Shown: positions 19,405-29,742, numbered from the stretch's first letter. The stretch: DNA of 64,000 nt from Candidatus Thorarchaeota archaeon (GCA_011364905.1 RDNZ01000005.1:49313-113312); one strand, 5' to 3'. Program-made: numbers and translations. The notes: generated from the letters alone by a model not told the origin.

Positions 19405-19767
19405 TCAGAGTATCTCTAGAAGAGACTCGGCCATTCTTCTCATGTCAACAAAAATCAGTCCGATCTGAGCGTCAGATTTTGCCAGGACCAAGAAAAGAGC
19501 GTTCTCTCCAACTGAAGTCAACAGGGTGTATCCTCTGTCGCTTTTGACATAAATTTCTATCAAGTTGCCGCGGTCCAACTCATTTGCAGCCTTCTCGCCC
19601 AGAGATAGCAGCGCCGCACTTATCGCCGCAACTCTCTCTTGTTCTGCTTCCGGGAGTGCGGATGAAATCATCAAGCCATCAGCTGAAACGAGAGCCGCGC
19701 CTTCCACCCCTGGTACTGTTTCAAAATCACGAATTATTTTGTTGATGTTGTCCACACGACCAGACAT
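19405..19767 (-). CDS. Roadblock/LC7 (MglB-like) protein
   Basis: GVEGAALVSADGLMISS...VAAISAALLSLG...IGLIFVDMRR; start at ATG 19767. Confidence 0.92.
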   Translation of the reverse strand: MSGRVDNINKIIRDFETVPGVEGAALVSADGLMISSALPEAEQERVAAISAALLSLGEKAANELDRGNLIEIYVKSDRGYTLLTSVGENALFLVLAKSDAQIGLIFVDMRRMAESLLEIL

Positions 19768-19869
19768 TCTTGCACCCTCTGGCAATCCAAACAGGCGTTA
19801 GTCAGTGGCCATTCTATAATAACTTATTGCATTACTAGGTTTCTCGGCCTTCTGGGTGCCTTACCTGGA

Positions 19870-22800
19870 CTAAATGCCGAAGTACTCCTTTACATCAGAC
19901 TTGCTGTCCTTTTTTCGTTGCTCAGCTTCCTTCTTCTTTTCCTGAGGGGTCTTGCCACGTTTCCAGGATATATTGTCACCCCGCCTTTTCTTCCAGTATA
20001 GCCAACCACCTACTATAATGGCAGCGCCGCCTCCTATAATTCCAATCAATAGGATTGGGAAGGGTCTGATGAGCATGAACTGTTCTAGTGTGAGAGTGAG
20101 GGTGTCATATCCTGCCTTGGAAGCAACTATGTGGATATCGAAGTCACCAATATTGTTCCTCGTCCAAGCACCATTTAGGGTAACAGTATAGTACCCACCG
20201 CCGGCATCAGAAGTGCTAGTTTGACTGGAGTTAATCAGCACAGACAGACTTGCTGAGTCTATTCCATTGCCGACAAGGTCAGTCAGCCTAAAGCGAATTG
20301 TAACCTGATCTCCAGCCCAAATTATCCTTTGACTGAGCGAGATTTCATTAAGCGTTATTGATGGGTATTCAGCCCATGTGATTGCATTCTCAATGGTGTG
20401 GACCTGTTCTACTCCGGTTGGTGATGTTGTCGTGAGTGCTAGTTTTCCTGAACCGATAACGCCAGCGACAACGATAGGATTTAGTCCGTCAGTCGCAATA
20501 ACAGAGAAATTAGCCCACACTGACGAAAAGTGGCCAGCAAAATCAACGGTTGAATTCAGCATGTTCGGAGAACTCAACAACGGATGAGATGAGTCTTCGA
20601 TTGTAATAGATGTTCCAGATCCTACTGACTGATAGATAATCGGCCACGGAAGCCAGTCAATTGGTTCCGTCACCCCTAATATTACTAAGACGCCACCATT
20701 TTCTATGAAAGACTTCAGTTGATTGCTGGTTGATGCAAGATTCGAACCAAGGTTGGACAATGTACCAGGTTCAATAAGTACTACCTTCCTCAGCGGGAGA
20801 AGCTGAACGAACTCAGTGTAGTTCGTGGATTCATAGTATCTAAAGTCAGCGCCTAAAGAGGACAATGAAGAGGGGAGATAGGATGAAGCACCAAGGGCTG
20901 CAATCCAACGAATGCCATGTCCTGGAACATGGGAGCCGAATCCTGTTTCTAGAGGATTAACAGAATCAATGTAGGGAGATGAAGTGGGTTCAAAGAGTCT
21001 AATGGATGGATCACCAAAGAGAACTTGTTGATTGGCATAGTCACGAGGGTCTCGCCCAAGAGGGTCTGAGTAGTCTATTGAGGTAAGAGCAAGACCAGAA
21101 GAGAGCGCCTCTGCCACCGTTGATCCCCCACAGAGAGACTCCGTGAGAAGAACTGAAAGCATCCCTGCGGGTTGGAAATAGACTGTCCGTGGCGATGCAG
21201 TAACTGCAACAGCTCCATGCTCCATGAGCATGAGGGGCATTTGTGTCCCGCCCAGGAGACACGCAGTCAGAATCACGATTGGACTGCCAATGTTGCCTAC
21301 TGCAGCATCCAAGTCATGGGAAGATTTGATGACATGATTAACAACATCTGGAAAAGCTACCGGATTTACCAGTAGATTCGCATCTGAGGGACTTTCTCTA
21401 ACCTCTAAGCTGTCCTCAAATCCATAAGGTGCGTCAACACTTCTCATTGAGAAATAACCCACGCCATTTGGGCGGTCAGGCGGGTCTCGTGGTAGCTCTG
21501 TCAAGGTTCCGTGTGTACTGAGTGACCAGAAAGCCACCTGACTGCCAAGGGTTTCAAAGACCTCGTTTTGTCCAACATGACTTTCAATTGAGAAGCCGAG
21601 GTCCTCAAGAGGGCCTGTTGTGTCTTCAATCTGAAACAGAACGTGAGAGCCATAATTGTTGTCGACAAAAGTTGCACCATCAGTATATGCATACATACTC
21701 ACCAGAGACGTGTCTGCATGGTCAGCCTCCAGAAACAGGAACCGATGGAGAAGGCCTCTGTTAATGAGAATGGAAGCCATAGTTGGCGATGCCGCGGGAA
21801 TTCTTCCCGGGTTGAAATGGCTCTGAAGTGACCTATCGAAACTCAACGGAACCAACGAATCTGGAGAAACAACAACAACAGGTTGAGAGGACGAGGAATT
21901 GTAAGCGCCTCTGGATGTGAGGAATGTTTCAAACTGCGCTTCGGAAGCCATCATTGAGAACTTATTTGGAATGCGTTCGTCATACCACCCGTTTTCAGCC
22001 CTGTTCTCATATTTGTGGATGACATAGATGTTATTTATCTCAGGACCAATTAGGTATGGAGCCCATGTTTCTTCAGCTCGTGTCGTGAGCACATTTGTGG
22101 TGCCGCACAGAGAGAATACAGGGCTACCATGTGCAGCTGCTGAGAATGCTGCAGGAGCGAAGAACTCGCTTCCATTACCCACGGGAACAGTGACAACAAT
22201 ATCCTGAGAACCTGAAAGGGATTTAATCAACGAAGTCACATCAGAGTGGTTCTGTATGTTGTAGAGTGCGCCGTGCGTTTCTAGCAGGGTTGAAAGTCCG
22301 GCCCCCTGCTGATTGTATGGATCGACAAGATAGATATCATTCACACCAAGCCGATTGAGTGCCCATTCTGTATCAGTGGGAATCTCGTCCTCAAGCACGT
22401 AGAGGAGAGGACAATTGAGGAGGGAGGCCAGTACTGCTGCGTTAGCCGCAGACTCCATGTATGCTTGGAGGTCTGCGGGTATTCGAGATATCTCCCATGA
22501 GAGGTTGATGTTGTTTTGTTCCTCACTTGCATCCATCCAAGCGGCAATAATTGTCCAATCACCTGCCATCGGGTATGGTAAGTTTACCACCTCATGTCCA
22601 GGATTCGACAAGATACTCCCCGCAGGAGCCCACATGACAAGTCGACCATTGGGATCTACAAGAGCCAAGTTAAGGTCGGTGGCCGCATTATCCCAGAGAA
22701 GAGAAACATTGAACCATTTCGCATTTGTCGGGACATTGACCGTCTGTCTGTACCCCGGATGAGAAATAACCTCATTGACCATGGTCGTAGTGGTGTCAGT

Positions 22801-23673
22801 GTCGCTAGTTATATTCATGGTCCAAGTTCCGTCAACTGTCTTTGGCAACCAGAAATTCAGAGGTACGGGGGTCACAACATAGCCCACCTGTCGGGAGAAG
22901 TAGACCTGATTAAACACTGAGTAATCTACCACTTCTCCATTGGGATCTATTAGTTCATGTGTCAATAATTCATTTCCAGTCCAATTGAATCGACCTTCTA
23001 TCCAACCAGCCCAAGTAGGAGGAGTGAAGGTGATGCTTGAAGGAGCGCCATATGTAACAGTGCCTCCAAACTCTGATACCTCAGATGGTTGATTCTGAAA
23101 TGTGTGAGAAGCGCTTCCTGTAATCAATGCAGGAGTGTTGAAATCCTCCTTTAGAAGTGCGACCACTGCTGTCGCACTAGTACTCCATCCATTCAAAGCA
23201 AGCAAGGATGCAATACTCGTAGCTGAATCACCAGTAATCCGAGGATAAATTTTGGCGCCAGTCTCATGCTGGAGTTGAGTCAGATAGCTCTCAGAGAAAT
23301 CTCCAATTGCGACAGCTTGCGTGATCCCATTATTGCGTCCAAGATACCCAGACCAGTCATCCAAGAGCCAATGTTCACTATCTGAACCATCGCTATAGAT
23401 GAGTGGCGATATAAACTGCGTGTCATTGAAGTAAAAAACTGATGTAGGAACTGCAGCCATGTAGGCGAACTCATCAACATATGAGGTTGGATCTGGTGCG
23501 ACAAATGCGACCCGCGAAAGAGGAATTTGATTTGCTGCAAGGTCACTCGGAACAAAATCATTCACTTTGGAGTCTAGTCCAGAGTTAATGAAAGTGGTTG
23601 TTATTGGAGCCATAGCACCCAGCATTAATACCACAAATAGAACAGAGAGTGTTTTGTTCTTGGATTTGACCAT
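19870..23673 (-). CDS. Large membrane-anchored surface protein: CWB2-like repeats, PPC-like domains and a C25 (gingipain/clan CD)-like peptidase domain
   Basis: Signal peptide after ATG 23673; AANAAVLASLLNCPLLYV..IP..T..AL..LG repeat; DLNLALVDPNG; STHG...TACL dyad; LFGDP; C-terminal TM helix with basic tail. Confidence 0.7.
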   Translation of the reverse strand: MVKSKNKTLSVLFVVLMLGAMAPITTTFINSGLDSKVNDFVPSDLAANQIPLSRVAFVAPDPTSYVDEFAYMAAVPTSVFYFNDTQFISPLIYSDGSDSEHWLLDDWSGYLGRNNGITQAVAIGDFSESYLTQLQHETGAKIYPRITGDSATSIASLLALNGWSTSATAVVALLKEDFNTPALITGSASHTFQNQPSEVSEFGGTVTYGAPSSITFTPPTWAGWIEGRFNWTGNELLTHELIDPNGEVVDYSVFNQVYFSRQVGYVVTPVPLNFWLPKTVDGTWTMNITSDTDTTTTMVNEVISHPGYRQTVNVPTNAKWFNVSLLWDNAATDLNLALVDPNGRLVMWAPAGSILSNPGHEVVNLPYPMAGDWTIIAAWMDASEEQNNINLSWEISRIPADLQAYMESAANAAVLASLLNCPLLYVLEDEIPTDTEWALNRLGVNDIYLVDPYNQQGAGLSTLLETHGALYNIQNHSDVTSLIKSLSGSQDIVVTVPVGNGSEFFAPAAFSAAAHGSPVFSLCGTTNVLTTRAEETWAPYLIGPEINNIYVIHKYENRAENGWYDERIPNKFSMMASEAQFETFLTSRGAYNSSSSQPVVVVSPDSLVPLSFDRSLQSHFNPGRIPAASPTMASILINRGLLHRFLFLEADHADTSLVSMYAYTDGATFVDNNYGSHVLFQIEDTTGPLEDLGFSIESHVGQNEVFETLGSQVAFWSLSTHGTLTELPRDPPDRPNGVGYFSMRSVDAPYGFEDSLEVRESPSDANLLVNPVAFPDVVNHVIKSSHDLDAAVGNIGSPIVILTACLLGGTQMPLMLMEHGAVAVTASPRTVYFQPAGMLSVLLTESLCGGSTVAEALSSGLALTSIDYSDPLGRDPRDYANQQVLFGDPSIRLFEPTSSPYIDSVNPLETGFGSHVPGHGIRWIAALGASSYLPSSLSSLGADFRYYESTNYTEFVQLLPLRKVVLIEPGTLSNLGSNLASTSNQLKSFIENGGVLVILGVTEPIDWLPWPIIYQSVGSGTSITIEDSSHPLLSSPNMLNSTVDFAGHFSSVWANFSVIATDGLNPIVVAGVIGSGKLALTTTSPTGVEQVHTIENAITWAEYPSITLNEISLSQRIIWAGDQVTIRFRLTDLVGNGIDSASLSVLINSSQTSTSDAGGGYYTVTLNGAWTRNNIGDFDIHIVASKAGYDTLTLTLEQFMLIRPFPILLIGIIGGGAAIIVGGWLYWKKRRGDNISWKRGKTPQEKKKEAEQRKKDSKSDVKEYFGI

Positions 23674-23771
23674 ACGGGACGCACTCCGGTAGAATTCAAC
23701 AAGACGAAGAATTCTATGTAAATAGAGTTTTCCTGTTGGGAACACAGATTCTAACTTAACCCGCGAGACCT

Positions 23772-24650
23772 CTATTCATCATCTTGAAACTCAAGAAGGT
23801 CCTCATCAAAATCATCATCGCCATCTTCATCAGATTCATCTTCTTCGGGCAATGCATCAATCAGCTCATCAATCACCCTTCGAAGCCTACGGCGAGTACT
23901 TTTGGGAACATCCCACATTTTTTGCTCTGCGCGCTCAAGTACTTCGCGAGCTATATCAAAAATCTCAGATTCGTAGTAGTTTTGTGCAGCCTCTACAAAG
24001 AATTCTGCCGCCTTCTTTTGATTTCCTTTAGTTTCAGCAATATCACCAAGAAGCGAGAGAGCATCAGCCACTCCGGACTTGTCATCAATCTCACGATAGA
24101 CTTTCAAGGCTTTCTTGATTGTAGTTTCAGCAGTAGTCCAATCCTCCTTGTCAACGTAAGCGGCTCCCATGTCCATTATTACACTCGCAACACCTTGATC
24201 GTTTTTGAGCGAGCCGTAAGCACGTTGCGCTTTTTTGAAATAGTCCATGGCAGTATCAAAGCTCCCTTGACCCAGACTTGCCAATGCTAATCCATAAATC
24301 GCATCGGCAGCACCACTGGAGTTAGAAGATTTCTCAAACATGTCTTTTGCAGATTCTAGAGTTGAAATTGCTCCATCCCACTGCTCCAAATTAATCTGAG
24401 CCACACCTAAGTTGTACATCGTGTCGCAGATACCTGTTTCATCTTTCATTTCTTTGTAAATTTTCAAAGAGTCTTCAAAGCACTTGTGAGCCTCTTCAAA
24501 TTCAGCGACAGCCATGTAAAGATTACCAACAGCATTGAACATCTTTGCAGCAGTATCCTTGTCACCAGCCTCAAGTGCAGCATTAGCTTGCTCCAAGACT
24601 TCAGCCGGGTCCATATCTTCAATGTCATCACTCATTTGGCTCACCTGCAA
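23772..24650 (-). CDS. Tetratricopeptide-repeat protein with acidic C-terminal tail
   Basis: Repeating ~40-aa units (NLG..Y....D.A...F..AL..Y....D..G.A) and a D/E-rich C-terminus. Confidence 0.85.
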   Translation of the reverse strand: MQVSQMSDDIEDMDPAEVLEQANAALEAGDKDTAAKMFNAVGNLYMAVAEFEEAHKCFEDSLKIYKEMKDETGICDTMYNLGVAQINLEQWDGAISTLESAKDMFEKSSNSSGAADAIYGLALASLGQGSFDTAMDYFKKAQRAYGSLKNDQGVASVIMDMGAAYVDKEDWTTAETTIKKALKVYREIDDKSGVADALSLLGDIAETKGNQKKAAEFFVEAAQNYYESEIFDIAREVLERAEQKMWDVPKSTRRRLRRVIDELIDALPEEDESDEDGDDDFDEDLLEFQDDE

Positions 24651-24760
24651 ATATCAACGATGGCGGCCTATATCGCTTTTGATTCTTTCTGAACGACCTC
24701 TTCTAGTTACTAAGTGTTTCCAAAGAGAGCGCGCACCTGATAATAAAGCGGAGTTCGTGA

Positions 24761-25462
24761 CTAGTGAGGCATGAGTAGTACCGGATTCTCAAGAAGTGGC
24801 CTGACACTATCCTTAACGATAAACTGCTCGTCACCTACTTGGACCTCCAAGAGCTTACGGAGTTCAAATCTGCGAAGATAGCCGACGGCTTGATCTCTTT
24901 CTAGGTTTAAGTCCTTCATCATTTTGCTAAGACCCTTCTTATCGCCGCTGAATTCAGCAAATTTACTGAAGACCGAGCTCCATTGCATCATTACAAGATA
25001 CAAGAGTGTTCGAAGCATACTATCCACATTTTCTCCAGTCTTAGCTGACACAGGAAAAACTGGAAGACCTGCAAGGAAACGAAGGTTCTTTCGCAGTTGA
25101 TCAATTGGTCTGGATTCTGAGAGGTCCTGTTTGTTCGCAGCCACCACACAAGGGACTCCTGGGAGGAAAAACGCAATCTCCCGGAAGAATAGCTTTGCCC
25201 TAGCATCTGACTCTGGATCAACTGAGTCTACCACAAAGATAATGCCGTCTGCGCCTGCGCTTAGAATCTTTCGCATTGTTCGAAACCGTAACAGCCCGGG
25301 AGTACCGAACATGAAGACATTCAAGCCATCTACATTAGCTAGACCATGGTCCATCGCAATTGTAGTACCCCTGCGTTCCACATTGATGCAGGCACCATTG
25401 GTGATGTGATGAATCATCAGGCTTTTTCCAGCTTCATATGGACCTGTCACGACTATCTTCAT
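24761..25462 (-). CDS. Small GTPase (MglA/CvnD-like) with C-terminal helical/wHTH-like extension
   Basis: GPYEAGKS, TTIAMDHG, FGTPGLLRF, NKQD, SAKTG. Confidence 0.88.
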   Translation of the reverse strand: MKIVVTGPYEAGKSLMIHHITNGACINVERRGTTIAMDHGLANVDGLNVFMFGTPGLLRFRTMRKILSAGADGIIFVVDSVDPESDARAKLFFREIAFFLPGVPCVVAANKQDLSESRPIDQLRKNLRFLAGLPVFPVSAKTGENVDSMLRTLLYLVMMQWSSVFSKFAEFSGDKKGLSKMMKDLNLERDQAVGYLRRFELRKLLEVQVGDEQFIVKDSVRPLLENPVLLMPH

Positions 25463-25688
25463 TCGACCACCAAACTCTGAATTCGAATCACTGTGTTTCC
25501 AATATTCTGATGCTCATTATAAGGTTTGTAGTGCTATTATCGTTAATGCTTCTTCAGGCGCCACCTATAAAGAATGCATTTCTAAGGCACCCAGATTGCA
25601 CAATTTGGAAGAATTGGTTTGTGAGGAGAGACCGGCCGCTCGCGACGGCAATCCTCAAACACGGGCTCCAACGGATTTACCGATGTTC

Positions 25689-26723
25689 TCATGGGAAATC
25701 GGTCTCAATGAACTGAACCTCTTGTGCAAGTCTTGCACAAGGTGATCCTTTAGCTTCCACAACTTTGCCAATAGTCCAGCAGGGCAGATTCTTCTTTGCT
25801 AGGAAATTTCGAAACTCATCTGCCTTACTTGAATCCAAGAACACAAGCATTCCACCTGCAGTTTCAGACCCAAATCCAGACGAGAGTTTATGTCCAAAGA
25901 ACTCTGCAAGTCGGAGGGTTCCCCGAATTACAGGGATTTGATCAATGACAACATCAACTCCGCTGAGAAAACTGACATTTCCAGCATGTCCAAGTAGGCC
26001 AAAACCTGTTACATCAGTTGCAGCATGGACTCCAACTTCTTGCATTGCTTGTGCAACTTCAAGATTGCTGAATGTCATTAGTCGAACTGCATTATCCTGC
26101 ATATTCTTCAGGTCTGCTTCATCGAACTTGGACAAGAGGACATCGCGTTTCTCATCCTTGAGGTCTCTATAGGATCTCATTGCTGGTTGGATACCCAATG
26201 GTTTTGTTAGAAGAACTACATCACCTGCTTTTGCACCATGTGAATATACAATATCACGAGGATGTGCAGTACCCAGAGCAATCCCTCCGAAGACCGGAAC
26301 AGGATTTTTGATTGTCTGACCACCAGCGAGTTTTGCATCATGTCTTTCCATGAAATTCTTCATGCCCGTGAGAACACCAACAACAATCTCCTCGGGTAAA
26401 TCCTTGGGATAAGCAAGAAATGCTTGAAGTGATAGGAGCTTGGTAGCACCCATCGCAAAGACATCATTGGTAGCATTGCAAGCGACAATCTCCCCTTGTA
26501 TCTGAGGGTCATCATGTATAGGTGTGAAGATATCCACATTTTCTACAATTGCTACATCATCGTTGATAATGCGGATCACAGCATCGTCGCCAATTTCCTC
26601 AGTTGTGCATTCACCTAGAGGAAGTAGATTAGCTGTTTGTAGAAGGTGAGTGAGATCCTCCTGCTTGACCTTGCAGCTTCAGCCGTGAGAAGTTACCATT
26701 GCAGTCAAACGCACATCAGGCAC
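25689..26723 (-). CDS. selD: Selenophosphate synthetase, selenoprotein (Sec at codon 15)
   Basis: GTG 26723 is in frame with the track ORF and gives MPDVRLTAMVTSHG-TGA-SCKVK...GDDAVIR...NVDIFTPI...NDVFAMG...TDVTGFGLLGH...ETAGG. TGA is at 26679-26681; a GGAGG SD lies upstream. Confidence 0.95.
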
Positions 26724-26874
26724 TTAGTGACTCATCCTCCTGTTCTGTTTTAGGCATTGCAGCCTCGTCCATGTTTAGTGATAGCCTGTAATAAGATTCT
26801 GGGTCAAGTTCACTTCACAAGCCTTATAGCCATGCCAACGAAGCGATGCGTCATTATAGGAGCGTGCATACTAG

Positions 26875-28320
26875 TTGGATATCAAGAAGGTATCTGAGAA
26901 CATCCACGAGATTCCCAAGGGTACACAAGCCTGCATGAGAGTACCTGTCAAGATATTCGCTTCTGATAAACTGGTCGAGAAGATGAAACAAGATGCTACC
27001 TTCACACAAGCAACAAACGCAGCATGTTTGCCAGGTATCTATAAACACAGTATTGTACTGCCTGATGGTCACCAGGGCTATGGATTCCCTATAGGGGGAG
27101 TTGCAGCCACGGATTATGAATCAGGAGTGATTTCACCAGGTGGAGTTGGCTATGATATCAACTGCGGTGTCCGCATTTTGAGGACCAATCTTGATGAAAA
27201 CGATGTACGGCCTAAACTCAAAGATCTCATTGATCAACTCTTCACGAATGTGCCTACTGGAGTTGGAAGACAAGGAAAGATCGACTTACGAAACCAAAAA
27301 GGTGTAGATGAGGTCTTGGCTGGTGGAGCAGAATGGGCCACAGAGCAAGGTTATGGTTGGCAGGAAGACCTTGACCATCAAGAGGCAAATGGAAAACTCA
27401 GTATTGCAAATCCGGATGACGTTCCTGTTTCAGCGAAAAACCGCGGACTTAAACAAAGCGGTACACTTGGTTCTGGCAATCATTTTCTAGAAATTCAAGT
27501 CGTGGATGATATCTATGATGAGGCGGCTGCAAAAATCATGGGTATCACTCGAAAGAAGCAAGTAATGGTTATGATTCACAGTGGGTCAAGGGGTCTTGGG
27601 CATCAGGTATGTTCAGAGTTCATAAAGACAATGACTCAAGCGATGAGGAAGTATAACATTGAGGTTCCAGATAGGGAGCTATGTAGCGCCCCCACCACGT
27701 CTCCTGAGGGGCAGGCATATTTGGGAGCAATGAGCGCAGCCGCAAATTACGCATTCGCCAACCGGCAAGTGATGATGCATTGGACAAGAGAGACTTTTGG
27801 TAAGGTTTTGGGCAGTTCTCCTGAAGATTTGGATATGAGTCTAATCTATGATGTAGCCCATAACATGGGTAAGGTGGAGTATCACGATATAGATGGCAAG
27901 AAGACCAAGGTAGTGGTTCACAGAAAAGGTGCAACTCGCGCTTTTCCGCCTGGTAATCCTGATGTGCCCTCCAAATACCGTGATGTTGGACAACCGGTGA
28001 TAATTCCGGGTACAATGGGGACAGCGTCGTATATACTTATTGGGAATCAAAAAGCAATGGATCTCACCTGGGGATCAACCGCTCACGGTGCTGGTCGATT
28101 CATGAGTCGCTCAAAAGCCAAGAAACGCTTCTTTGGCAAGGAGGTTCAGGAAAAACTAGCCACTGAAGGTATCATTGTAAAGGCGACCAAGGGAATTGTC
28201 ATCGCAGAGGAGGCACCAGGCGCATACAAAGATGTGGATGAAGTAGTGAAAGTGTCGGATGCAGTCGGAATTGCCACAAAGGCTGTCAGATTACGACCCA
28301 TTGGTGTCATCAAGGGTTGA
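26875..28320 (+). CDS. rtcB: RNA-splicing ligase RtcB
   Basis: LPDGHQGYGFPIGGV, GYDINCG, GTLGSGNHF, HSGSRG, HRKGAT, STAHGAGR, EEAPGAYK. Confidence 0.97.
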   Translation: MDIKKVSENIHEIPKGTQACMRVPVKIFASDKLVEKMKQDATFTQATNAACLPGIYKHSIVLPDGHQGYGFPIGGVAATDYESGVISPGGVGYDINCGVRILRTNLDENDVRPKLKDLIDQLFTNVPTGVGRQGKIDLRNQKGVDEVLAGGAEWATEQGYGWQEDLDHQEANGKLSIANPDDVPVSAKNRGLKQSGTLGSGNHFLEIQVVDDIYDEAAAKIMGITRKKQVMVMIHSGSRGLGHQVCSEFIKTMTQAMRKYNIEVPDRELCSAPTTSPEGQAYLGAMSAAANYAFANRQVMMHWTRETFGKVLGSSPEDLDMSLIYDVAHNMGKVEYHDIDGKKTKVVVHRKGATRAFPPGNPDVPSKYRDVGQPVIIPGTMGTASYILIGNQKAMDLTWGSTAHGAGRFMSRSKAKKRFFGKEVQEKLATEGIIVKATKGIVIAEEAPGAYKDVDEVVKVSDAVGIATKAVRLRPIGVIKG

Positions 28321-29238
28321 ATGATTTCTTCTTTCACGCACAGCAATATCTGCGAGCACTAATGCAATTCCAGATAAGATGACTATAAACCCAATCACCG
28401 TTGTTAGACTAGGTATTTGAAAGAAGATTATTGCTGCTAGCAATGCGGCGCCTATAGGCTCACCAAGAACGGCTGATGAAACAACATATGCAGGTACTTT
28501 GGTTAAGAGGTAGTTGTTTACAGAGTGCCCAAGAACCGTGGGAAAGATTGCTAACGCAATAAAAATCGCAACCTCTCTAGGCTCAAAGACTACTAAGTTC
28601 AGGTTGAAAGCAATACAGATTGGTGCAGTTGTAATGGCTGCTATAAAATAGATGGCTGTTGTGTATACTGTTATTGGCAACTCCTTGGCAAACCGTCGAC
28701 CGCCTATGAAGTAAAGAGCCAAGAACACAGCACCTGCGAGAGCAAGAAGATCACCACTCAGTGCGATCAATCCACTTCCTCCGAAGTCGCCCCAGGCAAG
28801 AAAAACTGCTCCAATGAGCGCGATTAAAATTCCTATCCAAGACCGTCTTCTCAGAGATTCTCCTAGAAAAAGAGTTGAGAGAACAGCTGTAAAGATAGGC
28901 GATGAATCCACAAGTACGACACTTGCAGCCACAGTTGTCATGGTGAGAGATTGAAACCATGTACAGAAGTGGAGCGACAAAGTGACACCGATGGCCACCA
29001 ACCAATGCCAGTTCGCTTTTATGACGGATCGGGTAATTCTTTTGAAATCACCATTCACGATTCCAATGGACCCCATGAATATTGCACCATAGAATGTTCT
29101 CCAAAAGACAATCACAAATGGGTGAGAAGAACTGAGAAGAATCAGAATACTCGCGCTCGATACCATTGAAACTGATAAAACAAGCAGAGGAATTACTTGG
29201 CGCTTACTACTTGAGGAATCAACAAGGGATTCTGCCAT
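28291..29238 (-). CDS. DMT/EamA family transporter
   Basis: About 10 TM helices, GDLLAL, EPIGAALLA. Confidence 0.88.
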   Translation of the reverse strand: MAESLVDSSSSKRQVIPLLVLSVSMVSSASILILLSSSHPFVIVFWRTFYGAIFMGSIGIVNGDFKRITRSVIKANWHWLVAIGVTLSLHFCTWFQSLTMTTVAASVVLVDSSPIFTAVLSTLFLGESLRRRSWIGILIALIGAVFLAWGDFGGSGLIALSGDLLALAGAVFLALYFIGGRRFAKELPITVYTTAIYFIAAITTAPICIAFNLNLVVFEPREVAIFIALAIFPTVLGHSVNNYLLTKVPAYVVSSAVLGEPIGAALLAAIIFFQIPSLTTVIGFIVILSGIALVLADIAVRERRNHSTLDDTNGS

Positions 29239-29241
29239 TTT

Positions 29242-29742
29242 TTACACCCATGTTCGATGACCACCAGATCCACATCCAAGACATCTTAATCCTTCTTCAT
29301 TAGCTTCTGCGACCTGGGAAGAGCAAACTGGACATTTCTGGACAATCAAATTCTCAAGATTGTGAGCTTGAATCTTTTCTTCAACCTCACTGAGATCAGA
29401 ATACTCTATGAGCACTTTTCCATCTGCTCCACGAACCATCTTCGATAACGATTCGATATCGCCTTGGAAAAACATCAAAACCGGTTTCATGTGCTCAATT
29501 GCGAGCATGATCTCCATTCCCACGCCTAAGGAGGAATTTGATACTTCGGCAATTAGAAAGTCAGACATTAGGACTTTATGGACGTCTCGTCTATAAACCT
29601 CTTCTGAGTCAGCTGGAGCGAGAAACTGGGGAGCAAAGACAGTAAATCCTGAATCCTCAAGCGTTGCCACAACTCGCGTGCAAAAATCGTTCTTCCTTGA
29701 TGCTTTCTTGATGATTGGAGCTGAAAGATAAACTAGGACCAT
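29242..29742 (-). CDS. Nucleoside 2-deoxyribosyltransferase/Rcl-like protein with C-terminal zinc ribbon
   Basis: VYLSAPI, VYRRD, AEVSNSSLGVGMEI, LSKMVRG; C-terminal CPVC...CLGC. Confidence 0.8.
   Translation of the reverse strand: MVLVYLSAPIIKKASRKNDFCTRVVATLEDSGFTVFAPQFLAPADSEEVYRRDVHKVLMSDFLIAEVSNSSLGVGMEIMLAIEHMKPVLMFFQGDIESLSKMVRGADGKVLIEYSDLSEVEEKIQAHNLENLIVQKCPVCSSQVAEANEEGLRCLGCGSGGHRTWV

Noticed and set aside
26679-26681. selD as a pseudogene with a premature stop
   Set aside because: The TGA falls exactly on the catalytic Cys/Sec position and the flanking sequence is intact, so recoding is the better explanation.
26716-26772. 18-codon uORF (MDEAAMPKTEQEDESLSA) overlapping the selD start
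   Set aside because: No SD or other support; short ORFs like this arise by chance and conservation cannot be assessed here.
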